A stretch of 64,000 bases of DNA, taken from contig JBHGNT010000018.1 in NCBI GenBank assembly GCA_043228905.1, positions 17,174,001 to 17,238,000 of the forward strand, read 5' to 3'. The first letter of the stretch is position 1. Every line of letters begins with the position of its first letter. Positions 26,293 to 37,661 of this stretch are shown piece after piece. The notes under the pieces were generated by a model that had not been told where the DNA came from, did not search any database, and saw only the letters and a list, made by a program, of their open reading frames with translations. The stretch is from Azolla caroliniana (lineage: Eukaryota > Plantae > Polypodiophyta). Position numbers and translations under genes: made by a program.

Positions 26293-27303
26293 GATTATTT
26301 ACAAATATAACCTCAATGGGCACATCTAGACTATTTACAAATATAGCCTCCCAAATTGGCTATTAAATCGATTATTCAATTTGTTGATTCTCGGTCATTC
26401 AATTTTCGGCCTTAACCAAATTTCTTGTTGTCTCTCAATCCGATTCAGCTCGTAATCTTCCCATCCGGAGGGACTTGTTTTCCCAACAAACTCCCCCTTC
26501 ACTCCGACATGGGGTACTTCATCAATCTGACCCTTTGTCGGCATACATTCAACTTTTCGGCCGACATCACCTTCGTTAGCATGTCTGCCCCGTTTTCCGT
26601 TGTATGCACCTTCACTAGGGCAAACTCCTTCTCTTCTATTTGCTCTCAGAGCCAAGGGTATCTCCTCTAGATGTGCTTGGTCCTCGAGTGGTAGGCGGCA
26701 TTCTTTGGAAGGTGGATGACACTTCGGTTATCGAAGTGGAGTCGGAATTCTTCTTGCCAAATTCCTAGCTCACTGATAAACTCCTTCATTCCTATGATTT
26801 CCTTGCCGACTTCCACTACCACCATATACTCAGCTTCCATGGTCGACAATGCCACGGCCTTGTACAACCTCGACTGCCACGAGACAACTCCCCCTACATA
26901 GGTCATTACGTATCCAGATGTGGATTGGCTAGTATCCACATCAACCGACATGTCGGAACCAGTAAAGCCTTCTAATAGGGGTTCACCTGAGATGAATTGG
27001 AGGCACACGCTCGAGGTGCCTTTCAGGTACCGAAGTATCCATTTCATCGTTGCCCAATGATCTCTTTCGGGATTGCTCATATATCGGCTAACCACTCCGA
27101 CTGCATACATGATGTCTGGCCCGGTGCAAACCATTGCACACATCAGGCTTCCGATTGCTGAGGCATGTGGGACCTTGCTCATCTCAGCCTTCTCGGTTTT
27201 CAATTTCGGACATCGAGTTCCACTCACTTAGAGTTTGTCGGCAGTGTGGAGATGACTGACTTCGTGTTTTGCATGTTGAACCTCTGGAGCACCTTTGTCA
27301 CGT

Positions 27304-28125
27304 TGTCGCGGTAATCCGGGGGTACGTGTCAGGTTGGGCGGGACCACAGGGGTCTTGGATCAAGGAGCCGGTGAGAAAAGAAGGTTGTCCAGACCAGATT
27401 CTGAACGCGTATCCGAACTGGTTCGGTCCCCGGATGTCAGACAACAAATGCATGAGCTCAGAGATGTATGCCGCTTTGGACCGGTTGACGGATAGTAGTG
27501 AGGAGCTCACGAGCTCACACACACGGAAATGCGCGCTCAAACAGAAGCAGAACTGATGCAAGAACACGAAAAGACACAACAAGATTTAATGGTTAACTGA
27601 GGGAAATAGGAAATTACAACTGGCTCGGCCGGCAACAGAGCTTCAAATTCTTCACACACTCAGAACAACGGGCCTCCGGTCGGGATCTCACGGGTTTCCT
27701 ACGTGAGTAGAGGACTCCACCTTCTTTTGGGAATCATCACAGAATAGAAAACAGAGGGAATGACAGGGCTCGGATCTCCAACTGAAAACAATTCGTTCTC
27801 CAACACGGATCCCTCTCTCCGCCTTTCCTCCATCCTTTTATAGCTCAAGGAGAGAGAGAAATTGTTACATCAGGTTGTTAAGGCAACCGCTTTTCTCTTA
27901 GATTTTCCCTTGATTCTCTCCCTACAATACCCTTTTATTCCTCTATTCGTGTGACCATAAAGTACCTATCAAATCCTTACTACCTAGTATTGCTCAACAG
28001 TCAACCATTACTATGTTATTTACACGCGTTTCTACACTAAAACCTATTTCGTGTGCATCCGTGCACACCCCTGTTCACGCACTCTCTGGCTCCCTTTTTC
28101 TCAGTAGCCGGAATTCCCCACGACA
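27304..28125 (-). mobile_element. Solo LTR (822 bp), TGTCG...CGACA termini, probable 4-bp TSD
   Basis: Flanks are ACGT (27300-27303) and ACAT (28126-28129). Removing the LTR plus 4 bp restores Copia EKYVT. Confidence 0.82.
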
Positions 28126-28636
28126 ACATATTTCTCTTATTTCTCCCTTTTTCCCAGTAGCTGGAATACCCTCTCTGCTAGGGGATATCTTCTGCCTCCA
28201 TTCGGCATAGTTGGTTCTTCTTCAACTTCTTTGGCTGAGTGGAATTTAGTTCCTTGTTCGGTTGGTTCCCCTTGTTCCTCAGTCGGTTCTTGATTTTGTC
28301 GATTATTGATTCGGTCGATCATCAACTCGGCTCAAATCGGTACCTGAAGATCTATTTTCGATCTCCCAATCGGCTATCGTCTTCTCTTCCATGAAGACGA
28401 TATCTCGGCTCCTAATCACCTTCTTGTCAATTAGGTCCCGTAGCCGATAGCCAAATTCATCTTCGCCATAGCCGAGAAATAGGCACGACCGGATCTTGGG
28501 ATCGAGTTTCCCCCTCTAGTTCTTAGCAATATGCACATAGACTAGACAACCGAATACTATTAGATGCCGATATGACACCTCCTTGCCAGACCATACTCTT
28601 TGTGGTATTTCCCCTTCTAGTGGGACCGAGGGAGAC

Positions 28637-28672
28637 AACACGTTCGCGTTCACAAGTGGAAGGATCGCGCAT
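28637..28672 (+). repeat. Left terminal inverted repeat
   Basis: aacacgttcgcgttcacaagtggaaggatcgcgcat; 34/36 identical to the reverse complement of 37466-37501. Confidence 0.95.
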
Positions 28673-28994
28673 AAATGGAAGGATAAGGGAAATTTTAGGG
28701 GTTTTTCAATGATTTTACAAAACACATTGATACCAGTATCATACAAGTTCAAACATACTATGAAAAAGGTTAAAAATCCACTATTTTCGTGATTTAGAAG
28801 TAACTAAAAAAAGACGAATTTCAAAAACATACATTCTCAATTTATATCACAAACTTTACAACCAATGTTATTTTATAAGAAACGATTTTTTAGAAATCAT
28901 AAGAATTCAAAACACATGATTTTATATTACTCGATTTGTTACAAGCGGAATGTAGTTACACTTAATAGCCAAATATACATTCATGATCACTCCT

Positions 28995-31771
28995 TTACGG
29001 AGAATCACTACTATAACTAATATACAATGACGATTCCTCCTCATCATCCTCGGATGTACCAATCAGTGCATTATCTTCGTCATAAACCAAATGGTTTGAC
29101 TCTAGATTATATGTAGCAGATCTCGTTTGCCTTTGACTCGAGCCACCTTGTAGACCTGGTAATTTTTCTTTTATTATATCTATTGTTGACTTCCTTAATC
29201 GTCCGGCTTTTGTAAGTGTGAAGTCGTACACGATGATATCCACATCAGAGATATCAAGGGTCGAGGTGTTACGAATGTTTCGCTTCCTCTTCCTACCTCC
29301 CCTTCTTGTTTGGCATTCAATCATCTCCAATGTATACTTACCTGTAAAAGCATTTGCACTTCTAGTGTTGTACCAATGAACATTTATAGACTTGATCGTG
29401 TTTTCTATTTCATGCATTAGCACTTCTAGAATTTTACCAACCCAAAATTGGTGGCCATGTGAGTTCTCATCAGCCGGCGTTGCAATCAACATCCCCGCGG
29501 TGAGCTCTTGCAAATTTCCTTGCCATCTAGCTTCGGCTGCTTTGGTCATCCTTGGTCCCACATAAATGTCTCTTTGTTGTGGATGGACCAAGCTATCATT
29601 AATCGCATTTACTAGTCGCTCCGGACTTCTATTTACGCGATCATGTTGCAGCGACCATGTGAATGGCGTTTCCAAATTCCAATTATCAACAGATACACAA
29701 TTGTCTATAATTTCTTTCTGATCACTATAAAATACATCCCACCATGACGTGTCTTGTTGTGCGGCATATTTCTTGGCGGCCTCAATATGCCTTCTTTTTT
29801 CTTCTAAGGCTTGGAGCCATGACCGTTTTTGTTCTGATACCAAGTCGCTCTGCAACTGTCCTTTCTTCTCAATTGGCATTTGCTTAGCTCCATGGACAAT
29901 TTTACTCGGCATACAAAGTAATAACTGGCAACCACCTTCAGGTTCCCATGTTGTAGAAGATGAATATTGTTTAGCATACAAAAGTGTAGAACCACTTATT
30001 CCATTTTTCTTTATCATAAAAATGTGATTGAAACTTATATTGTTTAACTGAGCAAGCACTTTAACATTCCCACCAACCCCATCTAATATATATCTAAGTC
30101 ATATACCTCCTTCAAGTGTAACACTTTTGGGCGTGGTGTATATGCATCACAAATGACATCAAATAGTTTAGGTAAAGTGAAAGCATCATGCCGAGACAAC
30201 TGTCTGGAGAATGTGCTCAACATCTGATCTATATGGTCATGTGTGTGGCCAACCAAAAGGAAATTGACTTTCACTTTCCTAAACAATTCTAGGTTGACCA
30301 ACATACTTAGATAGCCAAATACAGTTGAATTTTTGTTCTCTCTAGCAGTATTGTCCAATTGAATGTATAGAACAGGGGGGAAAGGTTGTCCCCAAGACAT
30401 CAAAACTCGGTGAATCACTGTAACTGTTAGGTTAGGGTCATTGTGAACATTGGGGTAAGTAATGAAGACGTGAGGTCGAACAGACCTATTATAAGCCAAG
30501 CATCCCACCAAGTGCATTTGAACAAGGCACTCATCATTGACATCTTTGGGGAGCCTCCGCATATGCGGCAAGCATGTTTTCTTTTGGTCCATGCCTTCTA
30601 TCATTAAGCACATGTATTGTTCAGGCCTCTTCAAACACTTCTCTCTATGATGCATCGCCTTCCTTCGTTCTAAGGATTGTGCCTCACGATGCTCTTGTAG
30701 TAACTTCTTACTCGTATCCTTTTCCATTGATGTCTTTGCACCTTTAGCCAAACTTTTAAGATTTGCACAAATGGAGCAATACCCCATACATACTTTACGA
30801 GGAATAATAACATTTGAAAACCGAGCTCTCCATAATCTTGTGAATTGGCTATAGGTGATAGACTTATTACGTGAGCCCAACATTTCAGATCGATAGACAT
30901 CATAAACTTCCCGACGGGTATAATTATCAGAAAGATGCATCCTACCTGTAGTGGGCATTACTTCACAATTTAACTGAAAGTATGTTTTCATCCAGCCAAT
31001 AGCTAGTCTTCCAATTGCACCTTTCATACTTGGAACCTCTTTACAATTGAGCATCTGATCCCCGCTAAGTAGACGTTGTTGTACTCTATGTAGCCGCATG
31101 TTACTAACACATAACGCAATTTTGAATGCAACTCTACATATCTGTTGCGCATGGAAGATATAATACTCGAATGATACTTTGATCCCCGTACATTTGTCAG
31201 ATACTAGTTGCATATGTGATCCGAGGTAAGTGTCTTGCTCATCACCGGTCATCGAAAAATAGTATCGCCTTAATTCTCGCAACTTTGATTTTCCAATCAT
31301 AGACATACAACCACGGGCACAACATATTTTGTTGACATCAAATCCAATCTGTTTATCTGATGTCACCAAGCTAAATCTAGCCAGACGAATTCTTCGTGGG
31401 ATTCTTCTAATATGCATAGGGCTCCCAGATTTCTCTTCCTGCATAGAGGTTGGTGTAACCTTGTTACAGTCTAATTCTCTGTTGTGACCATCGCCAATGT
31501 TATTCAATGTTTCCTGGGCACTTCCTTCATTCTCGGTATCTTTATTAATATCGTATTCTTCAATAGAGAACTCTTCACATGTGTCATTATTTACATTCCC
31601 TGTAGATGAGCTGAGACAATATTCTTCGATAGAATATGGTGAGTCGGTCGACAGACAATATTCTTCAATCGAATATGGTGACTCTGTTGACAAACAATAC
31701 TCTTCAGTAGAAAACGATGGGTCTGATGACAAACAATATTCTTCAATCGAGAACGGTGAATCTTCACTCAT
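28995..31771 (-). pseudogene. Sola-like DDD transposase, ~925 codons, one frameshift near 30095
   Basis: Motifs CLMIEGMDQKK, LYIQLDNTARENKN and FLLVGHTHDHIDQMLS; Cys clusters CCARGC and CSIC. ORF 30083-31771 continues as RYILDGVGGNVKVLAQL into ORF 28995-30059 after a frameshift. Confidence 0.8.
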
Positions 31772-32443
31772 GGCTTAAGGTCTAGATAGGGCTCTCTAAG
31801 TTATACTCCTCTCTAAACATATACTCCTCCCTAAACATAAACTTCTCTCTAAACAAAAGCCAAATCAATAGAATGTCTATATTATGTAATATTCTATTAA
31901 TACAATACATCTAAAAATTATTTTTAATAAAGTAATTGTACTTAAATTATCAATCTTTATATAAACTAGATCTAAATGATGTTAAATCAAGTAAAATATA
32001 AAACTAATCATTAACAAGCCATGAATATGTTGGATTAATGTTAAAATCATTGGCTAATTAATGGCACCCATTTTGATATAGAACGTCTCACGCATTGGTT
32101 CTTTAATGCTCACCATTTTAAATATTAGACTTATCAATCATTGGTTAATTCATGCCCACATCTTTAATACATAACATTTGAGAGTCATAAAAATTGTTGC
32201 TTTTTGTAATCAATCATTGGTACATTCATGAACCTCTATCATTGTCTCCTTCATAACCTTTGAAGTCATTATAGGTTGTTATGACTATAAAAGATTGATC
32301 AATATGTTAGTTTGACTTTGTAATCATTAATACAATCATAAGTTACTCTAGTTAATGTGACTATGGTTACCAACTAACTATCCTCAAAGTTACCAACCTT
32401 GGTTAAGGTGACTATGGTTACTTTAACCAATGTGTTCAATCCC

Positions 32444-32451
32444 TATAAATA
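32444..32451 (+). promoter_or_regulatory. TATA box of the ParB-MTase gene
   Basis: CCTATAAATAGG, plant consensus, ~150 bp upstream of ATG 32595. Confidence 0.6.
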
Positions 32452-32594
32452 GGAAGACCTCGTCATATTTCACTCACCAAAGTGTACAGAGCATACAGAG
32501 CACACAGAACGTAGAGAGCACACAGAGTACACAAAGCACTCAGAGCACAAAGCACGAAAGCGCGATCTCCGCCTCCACTTCAACACGATCAACC

Positions 32595-35500
32595 ATGTCT
32601 TCAAAGAGAATCGAGCGCGAGGACTCCAGGTAGGCCTCTGACACTGTGGACATTTTTGTAAATATGTTTCGTTTCTCAAGAACTCGATACGCCGTATCGA
32701 GTTCCTATTTAAAATTCAAACTTTAAACACGAACTCGATACGACGTATCGAGTTCCTGTTTAAAGTGTAGGTTTTAAACACGAACTCGATACGGCGTATC
32801 GAGTCCCTGTATATAAGAAGGCTTTGAGAGAGAAAAATCGTTTATGGGGTGGAAATGATATCAAATTGTCTGGCAAAATCAGTCTTTTTTATGTTGACTT
32901 TACTTACTTTTAAAGAAATACATGCTCTAATTATAGGTGTTTTATGACCTACTTTAGCTTAAAATAGTAGAAAATGATCCACAAATTGCCTTTACTATGG
33001 CAAATTCTCCTCAATATAGGTTTAGAATCTATATAAGTCATACCTACTATTTAAAAGAATATATAACCCGTTTTACTTATTACGATATATATTTTCTAGG
33101 TTGAATAGCCCTGCCTATAATAGATTTTTGAATGTGTTACTGCTCCTGGAAACTGTTCTTCATTATAATATACAACCTCAATCTACGTGACTGCCTAACT
33201 TATGTTTTTGCATATACTTTCTTAAATAGGTCGTTTGAGAACCTGTCAGACCGACCCGTGAAGAAAATTAAGCTTCGCATACAAGCTTCTCCAATCGAAG
33301 CCCAGACCAAGGTAGCTCCTGAGACCATGAAGAGAGGAAAAAAGCTTCTCTTTAACGAAGAGACAAAATCTCAGCCACATAGTGATGTTAGCCAAAAGAA
33401 ACTTGTCGCCGCTACTGGAGGCGAAGACCTTCCTGACCGAGATCTAACGGACAAGGAATGGTGTATGCAATATGTCGACTCAAAGAAAAAAGTCGTATTG
33501 TATACAGCAAAGAAGAAGGGTGAGGGGCAGCTTGGAAAAGAAACCCCATTTATGTATGGCCGTATTCTACGATTTGACTACGAAGATGCAGATTCGGCCA
33601 ACATACTGGTAATGATAGAGTGCTCCAAGGGGGTACGTAAAGTGTTCCTTTCAGAAGACCTTTTAGTAAAGGAATCTTGTGGGCCTGAAGTGTTCAAAAA
33701 AGCACTTGATAACTCACAAAACCTTATTGTTACCTTGAGGCCTTATATACAAGGCCATGTAACTCTAAGAGATGAAGTGCCCTCCCCATTGAAGGCCACA
33801 AAAAAGGTATCCAAAGTCCAGTCAAGACCAGCAAAGAAGAAGACAACGAAAATGTCGGATACGGATTCAACAAGTGAAAATGAAGAAGAGGATAATAAGG
33901 GGACGCCAGGAGCCGAGCTGGCCTCGGGTGTTTTGTCATCCGAGCAGAATAAAATAAGGAGAGAGTTAATGCAACGGAAGTTGGTCAGGAAAGGGCAAGT
34001 ATTTAATTTGCCTATAACACACATCCATCGGCCCCCTATTGATGAAAAAACAGGTCGAAGACCACTTGAGATTAGAGAGCCTCACCGCATGCATGTTCAA
34101 AATCTCAAGAAAAAAATGAAAATTAATCCTCATGCCACTGTGGTGCCTTTTATTGTTATGGTAGATCCTGAAGAATGTGAAACCATTGAAGATTTTGATA
34201 TTAGAAAGCATGATCAATATAATTATTTTGTCATTGGTGGATCGCATTCAGCAGAGGCACGTCGGCAACTTGTGAGAGAACATCCAACCACTTTCTTCTT
34301 CAAGTATGCCGAGTGCAAAATTTATGTTGGGCTCACAACCGAAGAGGCTAAGCTGTTGGCATGGGACCATAATAATGATAATGACTATAGGCAGAAAATG
34401 TCGTCTATTGAGCGTATACGGTTCTTCCACCACGAGTATTTAGATGTGAAACAAAAGTTTGGTGTGAAGTTACATCCAGGCCTTCGACGTCAATGTCTGC
34501 ATGAAGTCGGCATTGTGGTAGATGATAATGTTAGGTCCGATGGTCTTCGAAAGTATGAGTCTTGGTTTCAATTGGCGTTTAGAGATGGAGAAGTATGGGA
34601 CCTACAAGATCAAATCTTCTCAATGTGGGAGAATAAGGAGGTAAAGGGTCAACGACAAAAGAAATGTAGGGTTGACCCTCAACTAGAGTTAAAGTCACAA
34701 GCCGCCAAGAAAATTGACTTGACAATTGAAGAAGCGGCAGACGACATGAAGTTATCTCTATGGAGAGCGATGCAAGGTATTAAGGACGAGCAGCTTCTTG
34801 TGTCGGTTTTGTCAAGGGTTGTGGCGAAAGATTTAAGCCTTGAAGAAATGGTCACTGAGTTCAATAAGTAAGTCTTTCAAATACTGAAATTGTAGTCTAT
34901 CTGGTGTAATTCAAAGTTCTAATCTTAATTTCTAATTTTACAGTCATAAGGTGTACATGAAGATCCAAGAAGTTATGATGAAACAACTTGGATGTATAAC
35001 TTGGGAACAAGTGACCGAGGATTATCCTCTAACGTCTTCGTATAAGGCGTTATCAGAGTATTTTATTGCATTCAAGGATTGGGTTAGTATTCATGTTTTT
35101 TCATTACCCTTTCATCATATGTAGAGCTTGTATAATAATACCTGATGTCCTATTGCTTCTATTAGAAACCGTGTCGAGGCAAGAAACAAGGAGAAGTTAA
35201 GGATATACACGATTTCCCTACATCCTTCCTTGCACATCTCGAGCGAGCCAGAAAAGAAAAGGATCGTCGCTTAGTCAAGGCGTACGAAATGGAGGAAGAT
35301 GGCTCGTTTAAAAAATTTAGCCACAAAAAAGATATTACGAGAGATCTTTACTACAATGTGGTTTGCGGTGATGTCATCGACTTGATCCAGAAGGTGCCAA
35401 AGAAGGAATATACGCTAATGATTGCGGATATTCCTTACGGATTTCGAATGGCTGGGTCATCATACGACGATGAACCATTTAGGTTTAAACAATTGGAGAA

Positions 35501-36221
35501 GATGGTCAAGGATTTCGCTGAGCTAACGACCGCATCCTTGTGGCGAATAGTTGTCTTTCATAGTATGGACCAAGGGTACTCGGTAGCTCAAGCTTTGAGA
35601 TCTCGTTGCCATGGCATCGAGAACCTTGCATGGTAAGGATTATTTATAGGTGTCTTTCATTATATTGCAATTCTTAAGGTTGTTGAATCTATTCTTAACT
35701 CGATGAATTATTTTTTATAGGATCAAGACCAATGTAAATAGAGGGCCAACTTTTCGGTTCGTTAATGCCATTGAATACATAACGGTTGGCTACTTCGATG
35801 AAATTAAGAAACAGAGAATCAAAGAGCATTCTAATGAAGTGGGAGGTTCAAATCTGTTGGTATATCCAGCAGTGACTCGGAAATTGCGACATGTCACCAC
35901 GACAGAACGGGGACTTGTCAACCCATACCAAAAACCTCAACGACTTATGATGCGCTTGATCGAGATGTTTTCTGTCGAAGGAGACTCGATATTAGATCTC
36001 TTTTCTGGCACAGGTATTCCTCGAACTAGGGTAACGATCTTGAGATAACCAATCACTTTTTTTTCGTTTGACAACTAAATCTTCTTGTTACTTACATCAT
36101 AGGAACTACGTCAGCATGTGCATTGAAGCTGTTTAGAAATACAGTTGCATTGGAGAAGGACGAGGACCAAGTTATATTTATTAATATGCGGATTAAGGCT
36201 TTGTGGGAGTGCCCAGACTAG
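32595..36221 (+). CDS. ParB/Srx-like domain + beta-class N4-cytosine/N6-adenine DNA methyltransferase fusion, 6 exons, 896 aa
   Basis: Exons 32595-32629, 33230-34867, 34944-35082, 35166-35632, 35721-36013 and 36103-36221. All introns are GT-AG and phase-compatible (2691 nt). ParB-like YFVIGGSHSAEAR...GLTTEEAKLLAWDHN; MTase VVCGDVIDL, motif IV DIPY (35427-35438), NPYQKP..L..RLI, motif I DLFSGTGTT, ALEKD. An acidic tail runs on to ~36453 after the TAG. Confidence 0.88.
32680..32806. repeat. Three 25-bp palindromes GAACTCGATACG-N-CGTATCGAGTTC at a 51-bp period (intron 1)
   Basis: Copies start at 32680, 32731 and 32782 with centre bases C, A and G; one mismatch in copy 3. Confidence 0.95.
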
Positions 36222-37465
36222 GATGAGGAGGTCGGTGCAAAGAACCTCCCCAATACAGAAAGGTTTCAACCTGCTTCGCGAGAGCCTATTCCTCCGTTAG
36301 CCGGCGAACCGGGGGAGCTAATAGAGCTTGATGATGAGCTTATAGAAGATATTTCGTTGGCTCGGCATAGGGGAAACCAATGCACGTATAGCCGAAGACA
36401 GTTCTACACAAGATGATGAAGAAAATGACGTTGATGAATTGATTGCTATGTAATAGACTCTATAAAGAATATGACACTGACGATTTGTTAAGATTTCACA
36501 TTATTAATACAAATTTTGGGTTTTACCTAGTGGATTCTATTCTTTATAATCTTCTATATGTTTCAATTTTATTTTTATATACTTGATTAGTAGATTTATG
36601 ACATTGGTTTCACCGCGTGCATAGCTGACTACCAAACTTATGGAGAAACATGAACTAGTTTAAATGGAGGCTGATTTTGGTCCAAGCTAACCTTAACAGA
36701 ACATGGCCCTATAATTGTTGCCATGACTGTCCATGTTGTTATTATGGATCTTTGTCTTCTATTGTTAAAACTATTATGTTTCTATTCCATTGCTGCTTAG
36801 ATTGTGTAGTGTGTTGATAATGGTTCCAGTTGCGTTATCGTTCGGAGTTTGATCTTGTGTGAATCACCTAAGCAATAGAGTAGATCAATTTTAAATACAG
36901 GTATGAAAGCCTAATAGGTTTGTTATTTCCACGACATTATCCTAAAGTTCACTGCCTTACATTGTGCACAATTATATACACATATGGTTTGATCCCATAT
37001 GAACAAACTGAGGAATAGATTAGATCAACTTTAAATACAAGTATTGAATACTTTAATAAGTTAGTTATTCCAATCACTTATCCTAATGTGCACTATCCTA
37101 CATTTTCCACAATTACATACATGCACGTATGGGTCAAAGTATAAATTATATCTCATTTTATTAGTATGGATACAAGTACACCTCATATTTTTGTAAAACC
37201 TACCTAATTAATATAAGTCTTTAAGTTAGTGTTTCCCTTGTCGCACAATAGTGCCATATTGAGCCATAGTTGAACTTTATTATGCCTACATTAACTTATC
37301 AACATGTCTAAACTTGCATGATTTCTAATGATCTCCACTCGTAGATCTATCATGTATTTTTATATTTGCAAATTCTCATCAAGTTGAGGAACATGTGATA
37401 CTAGTGCATCCAATTATTGTAGAGAGGGTGTATTTGCTTCGTTTTAAGAAGATTCTACAAGTGGA

Positions 37466-37501
37466 ATGCGCAATCCTTCCACTAGTGAACGCGAACGTGT
37501 T
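37466..37501 (-). repeat. Right terminal inverted repeat
   Basis: atgcgcaatccttccactagtgaacgcgaacgtgtt, followed by AGTC and resumption of the Copia integrase. Confidence 0.95.
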
Positions 37502-37661
37502 AGTCTTTTTTATCACATAAATGACTGTCATCAGCGCCTCGGCCTAGTAAATCTTCGGCAATTTCGCATGTGCCAGCATACATTGGGCTCTCTCCATGAT
37601 AGTTCAGTTCATTCACTCGGCCATCCCCATTCAGTTCCAACGTCTTCAACATGGTATACTC

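Larger units (their letters stand above)
28637..37501. mobile_element. Sola-like cut-and-paste DNA transposon (8,865 bp) carrying a ParB-methyltransferase gene
   Basis: 36-bp TIRs AACACGTTCGCGTTCAC(A/T)AGTGGAAGGAT(C/T)GCGCAT at 28637-28672 and 37466-37501. 4-bp TSD AGAC/AGTC. Host Copia frame is restored on removal. Encodes a DDD transposase. Confidence 0.9.
26293..37661 (-). mobile_element. Copia (Tnt1-like) decayed copy hosting a solo LTR and the Sola-like transposon
   Basis: Partial 3' LTR to 26488, PPT 26489-26499, RNase H/RT 26500-27303. Integrase pieces 28130-28636 and 37506-37661 join in frame as YVIKKSPSVPLEG. Confidence 0.88.

Noticed and set aside
32680-32806. CRISPR-like array (palindromic repeats with 26-bp spacers)
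   Set aside because: Only three units, the spacers resemble each other, there are no cas genes, and it lies in a spliceosomal intron.
33132-33229. ORF-track start MCYCSWKL... for the 579-aa ORF
   Set aside because: This is AT-rich intron sequence ending in an AG acceptor at 33229; exon 1 at 32595-32629 supplies an in-phase start.
32595-36221. Bacterial contamination as the source of the methyltransferase
   Set aside because: The gene has five GT-AG introns and a TATA box and sits inside a TIR element nested in a plant Copia.
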